Position numbers and translations under genes: made by a program
Assembly (NCBI RefSeq): GCF_006345805.1
Contig: NC_043000.1
Span: 53,568,001-53,632,000 of the forward strand
Direction: 5' to 3'
Source: Octopus sinensis
Taxonomy: Eukaryota
Length of the DNA: 64,000 nt
Shown: positions 23,818 through 37,093 of the stretch, piece by piece
Layout of the letters: each line of letters begins with the position of its first letter
Numbering within the stretch: position 1 is the stretch's first letter
Notes under the pieces: generated by a model
Told to the model about the DNA's origin: nothing
What the model saw: the letters and a program-made list of their open reading frames with translations, nothing else
The model's database searches: none

Positions 23818-26800
23818 GTTTTTTTCCTATAATATCAGATATGTTTATATATTATATTCATACATTCATATTCTTTAAATCCATTATATAACAGGTTTTT
23901 CTCTCTTTATTTTCATATAAGTTATTGTTTTGGTTTAACTGCAGGTTAGCTCTAATAATGTTGACCTATGGGCTAAGTCTCACTAGTATTGGCCATTCTA
24001 TTTTTTATTCATTTGCAGTGTAACTAGGAGTACATTATTCAAAGCATCCATTTTAAGGAGAATATAAGATGTGACTGAAAGAAGATTTAGCTGTCATTTC
24101 TAGAACATTGAGTAACCATATAGAAGCTTCTTTTTGGCTCATTGCATTTATGTGCTTCTTGTGTGAATATTATACCATATATAACTAGGATTTGAAACAA
24201 ACCACTGAAAGTGTATCGATGTAGTTGCTTGAGTTGTTAGGAATAGTAGTCATATCTTTGTCAAGTTATACACTACCATTTTTTTTTAAAAATGGAGGTA
24301 AACATTCGATCATAATTCTAGATATATAAAGATTGCATCATCAATGCCTGAACATGTTTGGTCATATGTCTGTTTAATCAGGATTGATCAAACACAAAAG
24401 ACAATATGACAAATGAGCAACAAAATGGTATTACTTACATGAGTTAATAATTTGTAGCTCATTAGATTAGAGTTCCATAAACTACATTTATTTATGTAAT
24501 AATTGTAAAAAGGGTACTGTCTTGTTTTGAATTAAAGAAATTTTTGATTGCATGGCATCTAGCAAGCACATAGTATTTACTATAATCAGTCTAGATATGA
24601 AGACTGTTACTTAACTTCCACAGGTTGCACTAATAATAATTAGATAAATACAGTTGATTTTACAAAATCTGTATTTCAACACCTATACAAAACCCTATTG
24701 CCTGAAAACAATGAAGTTACAAATATAATATAGAAAAGGAATTGTAGCAAGAACTCAGCAGAGACAATGAACCATAGTTCTCCAATTTTCCCAATCTAGA
24801 ATCAAAACACAAAATATTTCCATAAAATATAAAAACTGGTGCCATAAAAGGTGTTAACATTTATGCAAATATGGTTCAACAATTGAACACTGGCTGATTT
24901 ATTTGTGGCTCAGAGCAACAACTACAGGTTTTCGTACTAAACAAATTCTAGAACCTTCTAGGCTGACAGCTATTTAAAGGCAGAAAAAATTCAAGTTAGA
25001 GCAAAGTTTGCCTAGGACTAAATGGGTCATGCTGCTTTCCCTGCACACATATGGTAGTCTTCCATCACTCTCAACAATTCTCCTGGCAAATTCACCTGAA
25101 ACGGAAGCTACTTCAGGATTTGTACAGGTCAGTCATTTACCATCTCTCATCTTTTTCTCTTGTTCACAGATCTTAATTAGTACTGTCAATCAATGAATAT
25201 TCATCATATACAAATTATTCATATGCGTTGTGCAATATTAATTTATTGAATGCACATATGTAAATATAACGTGGTAGCAGATAAAATATCTGGAAAAATC
25301 AAACGGACCACAGAGTGATTATTGTCAATTAGTGCAATCTAGCATCTTACCTAGTATGAAAGCAGCCTAGAAAAGAAAATAGATCTAACAACCATAATAA
25401 AGTCTAAAACTGCACTGTAAATAATTCAAACATTCAAGATGTCCTTAGTGTATTTAGCTAAAGTGTTTACCTCCTCTGCTACAATTCAGAAATTTTAATT
25501 GTATGTTTAATGAAATACACTATCTTTGTGTTTTAGATAATTTTGAAGATGATTAAAAATAACTAATTGTTTGAATATCAAAATTGTGTTTAGAAAAAGA
25601 ATGGTTCTTACATAAAATGAGTATAGAACATCTAAATATAAACACTTTAAAATAGATGGCTTTCTATTATAGAACCAGGAGCAGTCTCAGGTGAGTTGGT
25701 ATCAAAAGGGTTAATAGAGTATTTAGTGTTTATAATATGTACACATAAGCAACCATAATACATTTTAAAGTTGAAACCTATCGAGTAATGTTTGCAATTC
25801 CCAGCAGATAGAGTTCTTAACAGAAATTTAAATAGTTGTTGATTGTATTTAGATATTTATGGTTGGATTACCTTATTGATATTATTGCTATATGAAGCTA
25901 ATGTTTAGAGAGACATGCAACAAAATATTTGTGTAAAAGTTTGACTTTGATTAATACATTTCACTATGCAATCCTCTAGATACAATGAAATATATTATGA
26001 TTCTGTTGGGAACCATTATTCAATGACTTTATGATTAGAGAATTCAGTTAATATTCAGTTGAGGTTATCATGTATGTATTAGCTGTAAATTTTTCTTTTC
26101 AATGATTTTAAACAGCACAATTATTTACAAATTTCAAACTGTCAAATGTTCGAGATTGTTCTCTGACAGGATTATGGAGTAATTTCTGAACTGCTAATGG
26201 ACTGTAAGAAAAAGGAAGGAAAGGAACTATTGTCAAAACTTCAGTCTATTCACAATGCATATTGAGAGGAACAAGATCAGCAATGGTTCTTGAAACTGTA
26301 TCAATACAGAAAAATTCTTCTACATGGAATTATAAGCTGAATTATAACAAATGAATATAGAACACAATTGTGTATAACGTAGCACTTCATTGCAGTTTTT
26401 ATGCAAACTATAACAAAACATGGCACCAAAAGAATAGGGGCCATTATAGCGTTGCCTAAAAAGTTGGATGTTTTGAATAGCCACTTTAGGCATTGTAAAT
26501 TTGTTTAAGAAAATTCTGTTTATAAAATAACGATTTGATGTGATTTACATGGAAGTTATCAAAAGTTGGAGAAACATTTTATCAGATCCAGATAAGCTCT
26601 GTTTGTATAGCCCTATTATCAGTGACATTCCAGCTATGACAATCTCATTTTTTTCTAACTACATATTTCTAACTTCTATATCATCAAGTGCAAACTTTCT
26701 CTAATACATCAGTGCATGAAGGGAAAGAAATTTGTCTGTTATTTTTACCATATCAGATAACTCACATAGTTTTCTTTGTGACTTGACTTTCTTTTCTTAT

Positions 26801-27209
26801 TATTTGGCCCTGATTAGACACACTGGGCAAAATGATTAGCAGCATTTCTTCCAGCTTTACACTTTGCTTTCAAATTCTATCAAGATCAGCATTGTCTTTC
26901 GTTCTTTCAGGGTTGATAAAATAAATACTCAATGAGTACTGGAGTCAATGAAACCTACTAGACCTCTTTTCCAAAATGTCAGCCCTTGGGACTTTTGAAA
27001 AGAATTATTCAGACCATTCGATCATAGCTCTGACCAAGCTGAAGTATGATCAATGGCATTCCCTGCACTACTATCTTATCTTTTAGTCTATGTTGACATT
27101 GTCCATTGTATCTTTTCTTAAAATGACAATGTAATTTAAGAGAAATTTGGTTATTATTTGGCAGGTCAAGCAGCCATGTAGATGCTCCTTCATTGTCTGT
27201 AATTAGAGT

Positions 27210-27782
27210 ATAGTATATGCATTGCCCCCATCTCTAGCCTTATGTGATATTCACAGACCTAGGGTTCCAGCTGATCACCAGCTAATGATGAAGGTTCTCT
27301 CCACTAATAAATACTATATATTTTTTAAGTGACACACAATCGCTGATTTCATAAAGAGAAAAACAACCTGTTTTAAATCTCTGAGTGAGAGACATGCAAT
27401 AACAGTGCTGAATAGTAAAGTTTATTTGCCAACGTAATGTGGCAGTCCTATACAAGGACGATGTTACTGTCTTTTAGACCCAGGAAAACATCGTTTCCAG
27501 TTGGCTACTGACACACAGTTTGTGCTGTATAACCGCCATCACTAGCTAGTGATTGTCTCACACTAAAGACAGGTAACTACCCAGAAACCTAGGTCTGTGA
27601 GTATTGCGCAAGGCTAGAGATGGGACCAATGACCTCCCTCGCATATACTACATGGGTACAAACTGGAGATAAAAGACAGTAACATCGTCCTTTCATAGGA
27701 CTGCCACATTATGTTGGCAAATATACTTTACTATTCAGTCCTGTTACTGCATATCTCTTGCTCAGAGATTTGAAACAAGTTA
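27210..27782. mobile_element. Rearranged hammerhead-bearing (Penelope-like pLTR) relic with interleaved inverted repeats
   Basis: A (27210-27265) is inverted to A' (27583-27650), and B (27365-27475) is inverted to B' (27670-27781). Confidence 0.7.
27557..27601 (+). ncRNA. Minimal type I hammerhead motif, degenerate
   Basis: ctcaca / CTAAAGA / caggta-ac-taccca / GAAAC / ctag / GTC / tgtgag. Stem I is 6 bp perfect, loop CTAG is palindromic and the core has a G5>A change. Confidence 0.72.
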
Positions 27783-27790
27783 TATATATA

Positions 27791-28255
27791 TAGGCGCAGG
27801 TGTAGCTGTGTGGTAAGAAGCTTGCTTCCCAACCTCAGAATTCTGGGTTCAGTCCCATGGCATGATGCCTTGGACAAGTATTTTCTACTATAGCCTTGGG
27901 CTGACTAATGCCTTGTGAGTGGATATGGTAACTGGAAACTGAAAGAAATCCATTGTATATATATATATATATGTTAATGAAATATATATATACATATGTG
28001 TGTGCGTGTGTATGTGTGTGTTTGTGCATCTATGTGTGTGTGTGTCTTTGTTTCTGTGTTTGTCCACCATCACTATTTGACAACTGGTGCTAGTGTGTCT
28101 ACGTCTCTGCAAGTTAGCAGTTCGGCAAATGAGAGTGATAGAATAAGTAGTCAGCATTAAAAATAAGTCCTGGGGTTGATTTGTTTGACTAAAATTCTTC
28201 AAGGTGGTGCTCCAGCATGGCCACAGTCAAATGACTAAAACGAATAAGGGGAAAA
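27791..28255 (+). mobile_element. Full-length tRNA-derived SINE with internal microsatellite
   Basis: Head aggcgcaggtgtagctgtgtggtaagaag..ggttcagtccc, central (TA)/(TG) run, and tail ggtgctccagcatggccacagtcaaatgact. Confidence 0.85.
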
Positions 28256-28295
28256 GAGAATATATATAATATACACACACACATATATATATAAT

Positions 28296-28333
<38 letters not shown>

Positions 28334-28519
28334 AGAGACCCTTCACTAATGAGATTATCAACTTTGTTCAAGTGAAGATGTTCGCAATTACCATTTTATA
28401 ATTATGATACATCCTCTGGAGGCAGAGATAATTTTAACAAACCAGTATTTGTCCAGGTTATGCAAATAGAAGCCACTGGCCAATTTGAGTTATTTCTCTG
28501 AGTTCATTTTGGGATATAT

Positions 28520-28846
28520 TATATGTATGTATATTTGTATGTATGTATGTATGTATGTATGTATGTATGTATGTATGTATGTATGTATGTATGTATGCAT
28601 GTATGTATGTATGTATGTATGTATGTATGTATGCATGTATGCGTGTATGTATGCATGCATGCATGCATGTATGTATGCATGCATGCATGTATGTATGTAT
28701 GTATGTATGTATGTATGTATATGTGTATGTATGTATGTATGCATGCATGCATGTATGTATGCATGCATGCATGTATGTATGTATGTATGTATGTATGTAT
28801 GTATGTATGTATGTATGTATGTATGTTTGTATATATGTATGTATGT
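28520..28846. repeat. (TATG)n/(CATG)n microsatellite
   Basis: Direct reading. Confidence 0.95.
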
Positions 28847-29085
28847 AAGGGCATCCAGCCATAAAAACCTTACTGACCTTGCCTGTGCTTGTGCCATGTA
28901 AAATGTACTAAGTCCACTCTGCTGGGTGGTTGGTGTTAGGAAGGGCATCCGGCTGTAAAAATCCTGCCAAAACAGTCACAGAATCTGGTGCAGGCCTCTG
29001 CCTGGTCGGCTCCTGTCAAACCATCCCACACATGCCAGCATGAAAGGCAGACATTAAACGATGATGATGAGGAGGAGGATGATGC
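28847..29085 (+). mobile_element. SINE-like element, (GAT)n-tail family
   Basis: ggttggtgttaggaagggcatccggctgtaaaa..cattaaacgatgatgatg, the same family as 19050-19350. Confidence 0.7.
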
Positions 29086-30449
29086 TGGTATATATATATG
29101 TGTGTGCACACGCGCATGTGTGCGAAGGCACATGGCTCAGTGGTTAGAGCATAGGGGAGGCCGGTATGCCTGGACGACAGCTGGTCTTCCATAAAACAAG
29201 CTTGCCCGGACTTGTGCTTGGGAGGGTAACTTTCTAGGTGCAATACTATGATCAGTCATGACCAAAGGGGGTCTCAGCATATATATATATATGGTAGAGT
29301 CAGTACTTACATACTTAACGAAGTGGTATAAGAAATTTTAATTAATAAAACTTACACATGCAATGAGTAGAATAAAAGTCATTAGCTTAATAATAAATTC
29401 TTTTGAAGGAAGGCAAAGGGGAAAACCCTAGAATGTAAGTTAATCCAGTTAATACAACACTTTGTTGATTCCAGTAAAGAGCATTAGTTGTTCAACAACT
29501 AATCCTCTTGACATGAAATTAACAAGTATTCAACAGACACACATATTTCTTAAAAATGATCATCATGAAATGTTGCATGGTTGGCCCTTTCAATTACACA
29601 TATAATACAGAGGGAGAGAGAGAGAGAGAGAGACAGAGAGATAGAGAAAGAGAAATAACTAATTCTAGTAATGGCCTAATAATTTATGTGTTGATTCAGG
29701 AAGAATGAAAGGTGTAGTAGATTTCAGTGGGAATAGAATTCATAGCACATAGAACTGGAATAGATGCTGCATAATGTTCTAGTTTAAGGACTAATAATCC
29801 TGCATGATTGTCACCTCAGTGCATATGTAAACAAGTAAAAACCAAAGAATGAAATATCGATTTCAAATTTGGGTACAAGGCCGGCAATTTTGGGGGATGG
29901 TCTAAGTTGATTACATTGACCTCAGTGCTCAAGTGGTACTTATTTTTATTGACCTCAAAAGGATGAAAGGCAAAGTTGATGGCAGCAGAATCTGAACTCA
30001 GAACATAAAGACAGGTGATAAAGTCACCAAACATCTTTCCTGGCACACTAACAATTCTGCCGATTGCATGTTTTAATGAATGCTTTCAGTTTTAATGTAT
30101 GCCTTCATTATCTGGTTTCAAATTGGTTAAATTAATTAAAGTATGACTCCCATTAGATTTGAAAATTTGAAGCTTGCTGTCAACTGTAGCATTCAGATTC
30201 AAATATTATCATTTTTGAGGGCAAATATGACCCATTTTATTTTACCAAAATAACGTCTCAAATAGTCACTGCAGTTTCTATATGTGAAGCTGAGCCATCC
30301 ATAACGTAATTTTGTCCCTGACACTCACATTTTCCTTAGTAAGTGCTGCTGAAATTGGGATGTATCTAATATATCCATGTCTCTGTTTCACCATCAAACA
30401 TGTCAATTTCTTCTTATTAAATTAGTTATAAAATATTCATATTTACTTT

Positions 30450-30885
30450 AAGAACAAGGCTCGAAATTTTGGTTGAGGGGCCAGTCAATTAGATTGACTC
30501 CAGTAAGCAACTGGTACTTAATTTATCGACCTCGAAAGGATGGAAGTCAAAGTTGACCTCAGCTGAATTTGAACTCAGAATGTAAAGAGAGACGAAATAA
30601 TACAAAGCATTTCACCCAGCATGCTAACGTTTCTTACAGTTTGCTGCCTTCAATTAGTTGTAAAATATTGGTTTCAAATTTTGACGCAAGGCCAGCAATT
30701 TTGGGAGAGGTTGGAAGTTAATTAAATTGACCTCAGTGCTCAACTGGTACTTATTTTATCAACCCCAAAAGAATTAAAGGCAAAGTCGACCTCAGTGGAA
30801 TTTGAACTCAGAATATAAAAGCAGATAAACTGCTACCCAGCATTTTTTGCAGCACAATAATGATACTGCCAGTTTATCACCTTAA
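30450..30885 (-). mobile_element. Two tandem SINE copies
   Basis: Two diverged ~200 bp copies (30450-30650 and 30670-30885) of the family seen at 20376. Confidence 0.7.
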
Positions 30886-31771
30886 AATGGTTGTAAAATA
30901 TTCAATTTGCAAAATGCCATTTTCTTTTCTTCTCTTTACACCTTTAAAACAGTACATCATCTTAACTAGTTACAATTAGTGCATTTAATATTTATTTTGA
31001 ATAGTCGCCAACCAGTTGAAGTAGTACAGGTTGGTGGAGAAACAATTTCTAAAGACATTCAATATTCTCTAGCAAAGATCTCCTTAATCTCTTTACTTCA
31101 GTCAACGGAAAAAAAAAATATATGAAAATATACAAAATCAAAACATGACAGACAAACCTACAATCATAAACACCTGCTTAAAGAAATTAAATAGAAATAA
31201 ACAACAAAAGTAAATCAGAGATAGTTCAGCTAAAGGTTGTGCCAAGAAAGCTATTTATCTTTTGCTTGTCACAGATAAGCAGTGTAGCATAAATGATTCA
31301 ATACTTATCTCTTATTTAGTATCTCATTAATAATTTCATTAGGTTTTATATCAAAAACAAAATAAAGGTCTCTTTTAATACAAACACTTGGCAAACATCA
31401 TTGTTTGTTTATATTTAAAGCAGTAATTCAAAAGTCCATGCAAGAGCAAAATATGTTAGAAAAATCTGATTAATGAAAACGTTATTTTTTTAAGCACTAA
31501 AGCCATTTATTATTTTATTATGGAATTTTCTTTTTATTGTTTCCTGAAGATATATTCTCTTTAGATATTGACATTTTAATATAATTGCTATATTTTAAAA
31601 CATAAGATAACACATTATTCCTCCGTTTCATACTATCATATGCAATTTCTGGTTGATTGAATTTCTTTAAAACAGGTGGTTGTAAAATATCAAATGTTCT
31701 GCAACTTGATTTATTATAGCTGGTGAAATGTTATAGCAGCAGCAGTATCAGTATGATTAATATTAGTATTA

Positions 31772-32172
31772 AGATGGAGAGCCGGCAGAATCACTAGCGT
31801 GCTGGGCAAAATGTTTTGCAGCATTTCATCTGAGGTCAAATTCGGCCAGGGTCAACTATGCTTTTCATACTTTATGAGTTGATAAAATAAGTACCAGTTG
31901 AGCACTGGGGTCAATTCAATTGAGCTAACACCACCCATAAACCTGCTGGCCTTGTGCCAAAATTTGAAACCATTATAATTATTAAGGTGGTGAACTGGCA
32001 GAATCATTAGTATGCCTGGTAAAATACTCAGTGGCATATCATCCATCCTTATGTTCTGGGTTCAAATTCTCTGAAGATTGACCTCAGGCTCAATAAGATA
32101 AGTATCATTTGAGCACTGGAGATGATATAATTGATTCCCAAAAAATGTTGACTTTGTATCAAAATTTGAAAC
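31772..32172 (+). mobile_element. Two tandem SINE copies
   Basis: Plus-strand copies ending ccttgtgccaaaatttgaaacc and ctttgtatcaaaatttgaaacc. Confidence 0.7.
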
Positions 32173-32225
32173 CATTATTATTAACCTTGTTGTTGTTGTT
32201 AGTATCATTATTATTATTATTATTA

Positions 32226-32570
32226 TTACCTACACCTTAGCAAAGGTGGAGGTAATGTTTTCAGTTGTGTTTATTTGTTTGTTTGTGTGCCTGTGGACAA
32301 GATATCTCAAGAACTGCTGGATGGATTCAGGTGAAACTTTCAGGGATGTGTGACCTCATGACTGGAAGGAACTGATTAGATTTTGGTATCAATCCAGTAC
32401 CAGACAAGGACTCTGGATTATTTCACTCGGGTTCATTTTTAGTATTCTTTTTTGTGCAAGCAGTTGAGTTTATTTCAGATATTCTCATTTCAAAAATTGT
32501 CTCTGGCTAATTGTTGAGAGGACATTGGTGTTGATTTGCTGGAGGTATGCACTCTCTGAGTGCTCTTGTT
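32226..32570 (+). mobile_element. Non-autonomous Helentron-associated element (HINE / DINE-1-like)
   Basis: 5' subTIR acctacacc with nearby IR ggtggaggt, a (GTTT)n tract, 3' subTIR gctggaggt followed by the stem-loop gcactc-tct-gagtgc, and TT flanks. Confidence 0.75.
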
Positions 32571-32597
32571 ATTATTATAATTAGTATTATTATTAGG

Positions 32598-32957
<360 letters not shown>

Positions 32958-34959
32958 TATTGACATTTAACCCCAGATCAGTTGATTGAGCAGACTTACA
33001 ATCAAATAGTGATCCAGCTTTAGCCATCATGTCTTTGTATGCATACACTAAGATGGTTTAATGCTTCCATAACATTTTGGAAGAGGTTAGGAAATGATTT
33101 TAAAAGTATTTGGCTACTGTTTCTAGTAGGCTGAGCATGAACGACTTTTATTGACTTTCATAATTGGTATTGTTGTTTAATTACAAATGAAAACTGAGAA
33201 AACCTATGGTCAAAGTGATACAGTCTTGGCTGTCACATCATGTTTGCTAGTCATATCATGGGCTACATTATTTCTTTTGAAAATATAGTTTATTTGTGAG
33301 TATTTGACTGCTATTTCTAACATGTTCGATGATCACATAGAGGCTCTTTACTAGCTCACATATTGTATCCATGATGAAGGAGGCCTACACTCAAAGACGT
33401 TTCAGCCACCTTTTGTCCAGGTGACAATACATCAGTATCTCATCCTCATCTTTAAGGCAGTGGGGTGTGGTATGAGAGGAATTTAGTTGTTATTTCTTGT
33501 AGGTTGAACAAACACTAAGCAGTTCTCCTATTGCCTTAAAGTACAAGGTAGCATAGAATAAAATACATATTAAATCAGTGAAGCTGTCTTGGATAATCTG
33601 TAGGAAAGCTGCAGGTGGTAACTAAATTATTTGTAAACAGAGTGAGAAGTGAGCACACAGAAAATATGCATTTGCGTCTCTGGCAACCTGTGTTTGGAAC
33701 TAAAACACTAGATGCCTTGGAATAGACCCAAAAGCCCTGGTCAAGTGAAATGATGAACAAAGGGATTCCAATGTTAATCATCTTGTTTTTTTTTTGTGTG
33801 ATTACATTATGCAGTCTGAATTTATTTTCTTAAAAAGTAATAGTGTGTGATGTGAAGCCTCATATTTCTACAAGTTTGGGTAGTTGACCAATGCACAGGC
33901 TATGAAACAGCTATTTTCTCACAGACCTATAATTCTGAAGGCATTCTACTATAATTGTGCCCATCCTTTTTCGTTTACTTTGTTTTCCTCCAAACAATGT
34001 ATAGTATACAGAACAAAAGCAACAATTTTCAAATGCAACATGAATAAAAATGAAGTCAAGTTGGAATTAAGGGTGTAGTAGCATTGTTCATATGTTCTTG
34101 AATTAAAGATCTTATTGAAGTTCCTATTGATTTAGACATATTCTATGAAGGAAAAATACGGGTGAGATAAAAATAAGTCCTGGGTACTTAGAGAGTGCGA
34201 ATTTGAGCTCCACATTATATAGACAGGACCAGGTTGCACATTGATTGGTCAAGTATACTTGTGAGGTAGTAGCGAAACGATACAGCCATTCCATTCAACT
34301 AAAATGTGTCTTGCATTTAGACTAGCTGAACAAGAGAACAATGATTGTTTTTTACAGCTCATCCTTCTTTTAACACATTCTGTTTGAAAAAAGAAAGAGT
34401 TTGGCATCTTGCTTCATTAATTTGAGTACTTAGAGAGTGAGAATTTGAGTTCGTCATTATATAGACAGGACCAGACTGCATACTGATTGGTCAAGTATAC
34501 TGAAGGAAAAAAACACACACAAATGACAAAAAACTTTATTTGATTGCACAATTGTCACTACATTAGTCTCATTCAATATAGAATGGAAAATTAGCAAGCA
34601 ATAAGCATTAAAAAAATGAATACAAAACCAAACGATGATACAAATATACTCAACTAAATTGAATGGTACACACAATTGTTTCTAATTTAGGCACAAGGTC
34701 AGCAATTTATGAGATAGATTAGAGGGTAGTGGATTAAATTGATCCTGGTACTTGTAATTTATCTGCTTGGGAATGATGAGAGGTAAAGTGTATCGTGGTG
34801 GGATTTGAACCATAAATGAAAAAAGGAGGAAAAAATATTGGAAAGCATTTTGTCTGGTGCTGTAATGATTCTGCCAGCCTGCAACCACCATATTGTTACA
34901 GATGTGTCAGTAAATAGACTGTTAGAAACAGGGCAGGTATGCTATATTTCTCTTATCAT

Positions 34960-35170
34960 TTACTTGTTTCAGTCATTTGACTGTGGCCATGCTGGGGCAC
35001 TGCCTTGAAAGATTTTAGTTGAACAAATTGAACCCAGGACTTATTTTTTAAAGCCTAGTATTCTGTTGGCCTCTTTTTACTGAACCACTAATCTATGAAG
35101 ATGTAAACACACCAGCATTGGTTGTCAAGTGGTGGTGGGGGACAAACACAGACATGAAGACACACATGCA
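34960..35170 (-). mobile_element. SINE 3' half (head at ~35750-35880, separated by inserted elements)
   Basis: Tail cttgtttcagtcatttgactgtggccatgctgggg. The head fragment resumes at 35745. Confidence 0.7.
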
Positions 35171-35238
35171 CATACATATATATATATAATTTACGATGAA
35201 AGTAAACAAACAAAATTTGCTGTAGAAGCGTTGAGATA

Positions 35239-35642
35239 CAGAAATAATTTATTCCCAAGCGCATGATAATGCTAATACAATAAACTCTCCATATATTGGA
35301 CACAAACGAATTCTTCTTCAATTTTAGGATTTATAAATCTAGCTTTATAAGATACTGATGTTAAATTTAACTTATGATGAAAGTAAACAAAGTTTGCTTT
35401 AGAACCGTTGAGATGTTTGTTTACTTTCAAGTTGAATTCAACGTCAGCGTCTTATAAGGCTAGATTTATAAATCCCAAAATTGCAGAATTCGATACTGGG
35501 CAGTTTAGCTTAAAAGTTAAAGCGCTTGACGCGTAATCACAGAGATGTGAGTTCGAGTCTCAAGGCTTGCCGGTAACGATTTTTTTTCTGCAATATATGG
35601 ATAGTTTATCCTGTTCATGCGTTTGAGAATAAATTATTTCTG
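35239..35642. mobile_element. MITE-like element with TIRs, internal palindrome and tRNA-like cassette
   Basis: TA|CAGAAATAATTTATTCCCAAGCGCATGA ... TCATGCGTTTGAGAATAAATTATTTCTG|TA, with an internal hairpin at 35307-35492. Confidence 0.65.
35499..35572 (+). pseudogene. tRNA-like pseudogene (Thr-CGT-like)
   Basis: ggcagtt..ggcttgcc acceptor, A-box tagcttaaaagtt, anticodon arm tga-cgcgtaa-tca, T arm gtgag-ttcgagt-ctca, and a T-run 8 nt downstream. Several noncanonical positions. Confidence 0.5.
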
Positions 35643-35657
35643 TATATATATATATAT

Positions 35658-35689
<32 letters not shown>

Positions 35690-37093
35690 ATATACATGGA
35701 TTATATATATTTAATGGATTTAGTTGACAGAAACTGAGCAGTTTCTGTCAACTAAATCCATTAAAAAGCCTAAGGTCATAGCAGAAGACACTTGGTTAAG
35801 GTGTCATGCTGTGGAAATGAACCCAGAACTATGTGCTTGGGAAGAAAGCTTCTTACCACACTGCAATGCCTGTGCCTGTGCAAAATGCAAGTGCAATTTT
35901 CATGATATGTGCCGAAGATGCAAATGAGCTTTGCCAGATCCATGTGATATATACAAGTGACTACTGCATGATGAATGTGTAAGATGCAATGATATTGTTT
36001 CCGTACACATACATACATGTGTCTACATTCTCAGCTATCATAAATGTTCTCTAGTATAAAAACTGAAGCTTGATAAAAGGGAAAAATATCATTATGATGT
36101 TTGGCACTGCAAACTTCAGCTGCTAAAGGTGCTATCTGCGAGGGCTGAGCTGTATTGCCTGGTAATTGTTGCATTTGGTCTGATATTTTATAGCTAGTCT
36201 GCAGTACACAGTAACACGTCCGCAAGTTGTTGCTTAACACCAGTCAGAACTGATCAAGCACGCTTATGATCAAAAGTACGTCAGCTTTATTTCCAGACAA
36301 TTAATTGCAAACAACATTTTGTCTTTCCCTGTTATTTCAAAGAAGTAGGACGTGATTTGAAAATTTTGCAGCTATTTCTAGCTAACTGAATAACCATGTA
36401 ATAGTTCCCTAATTGTTAATCACAATCATTGATAGTATTAATAGATGTAGGAGGTTGTTGTTCAACAGACAGACTCACAATTATGAAGTATACATAACGA
36501 TACTGTTAGCTGAAAGATGATATCGGTGAAAAATTAATCCTGTATTTTTTACTGGCAATTTAAGTCAAACAGTACATGACACTCTGACATTGTGTCATTA
36601 TATATCATTTATGTATCTGATCTAGAATAAAAAACTTTACACTATTAATAATTGCATGTTTTTCTTTTAAAGCTATGCTTGCATAATGTATTATATAGGT
36701 AGCTCATTCATATTTTTACTGATAACTGAGGTGTCAAAATCACTTGTAACCAGAGAATCTGAGTGAACTAAAATTGCAATCTCATCAATAACTTGAATAA
36801 TCAGAGATTTGATCTTTGAGTATAAAATGTTAAAATATCATGTCCCTTCCTACTTCCTTTTTATTGTTCTTTTATCATCGGTACTAGCCACAGTTTTCAT
36901 CTGTTTCCATGAAAATGCATTAAAAATATTCAACAATACTTTCTCTCAATAAGAATCATTCTCATTTGGATCTCATCTCTTTAATCTCAGTTTATTTCAG
37001 GCTTTAAGAATCGATTCTTTAGATCTGTTCAAATTCATTAACAGAACAACTTTAACAGGTCAATCGTCTTTGCAGTTACTTGCCAAATCAAAA

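Noticed and set aside
28458-28948. Long ORFs (MYVC/HTYI repeats), likewise at 42.8, 47.3-48.0 and 53.6-54.2 kb
   Set aside because: Translations of microsatellites.
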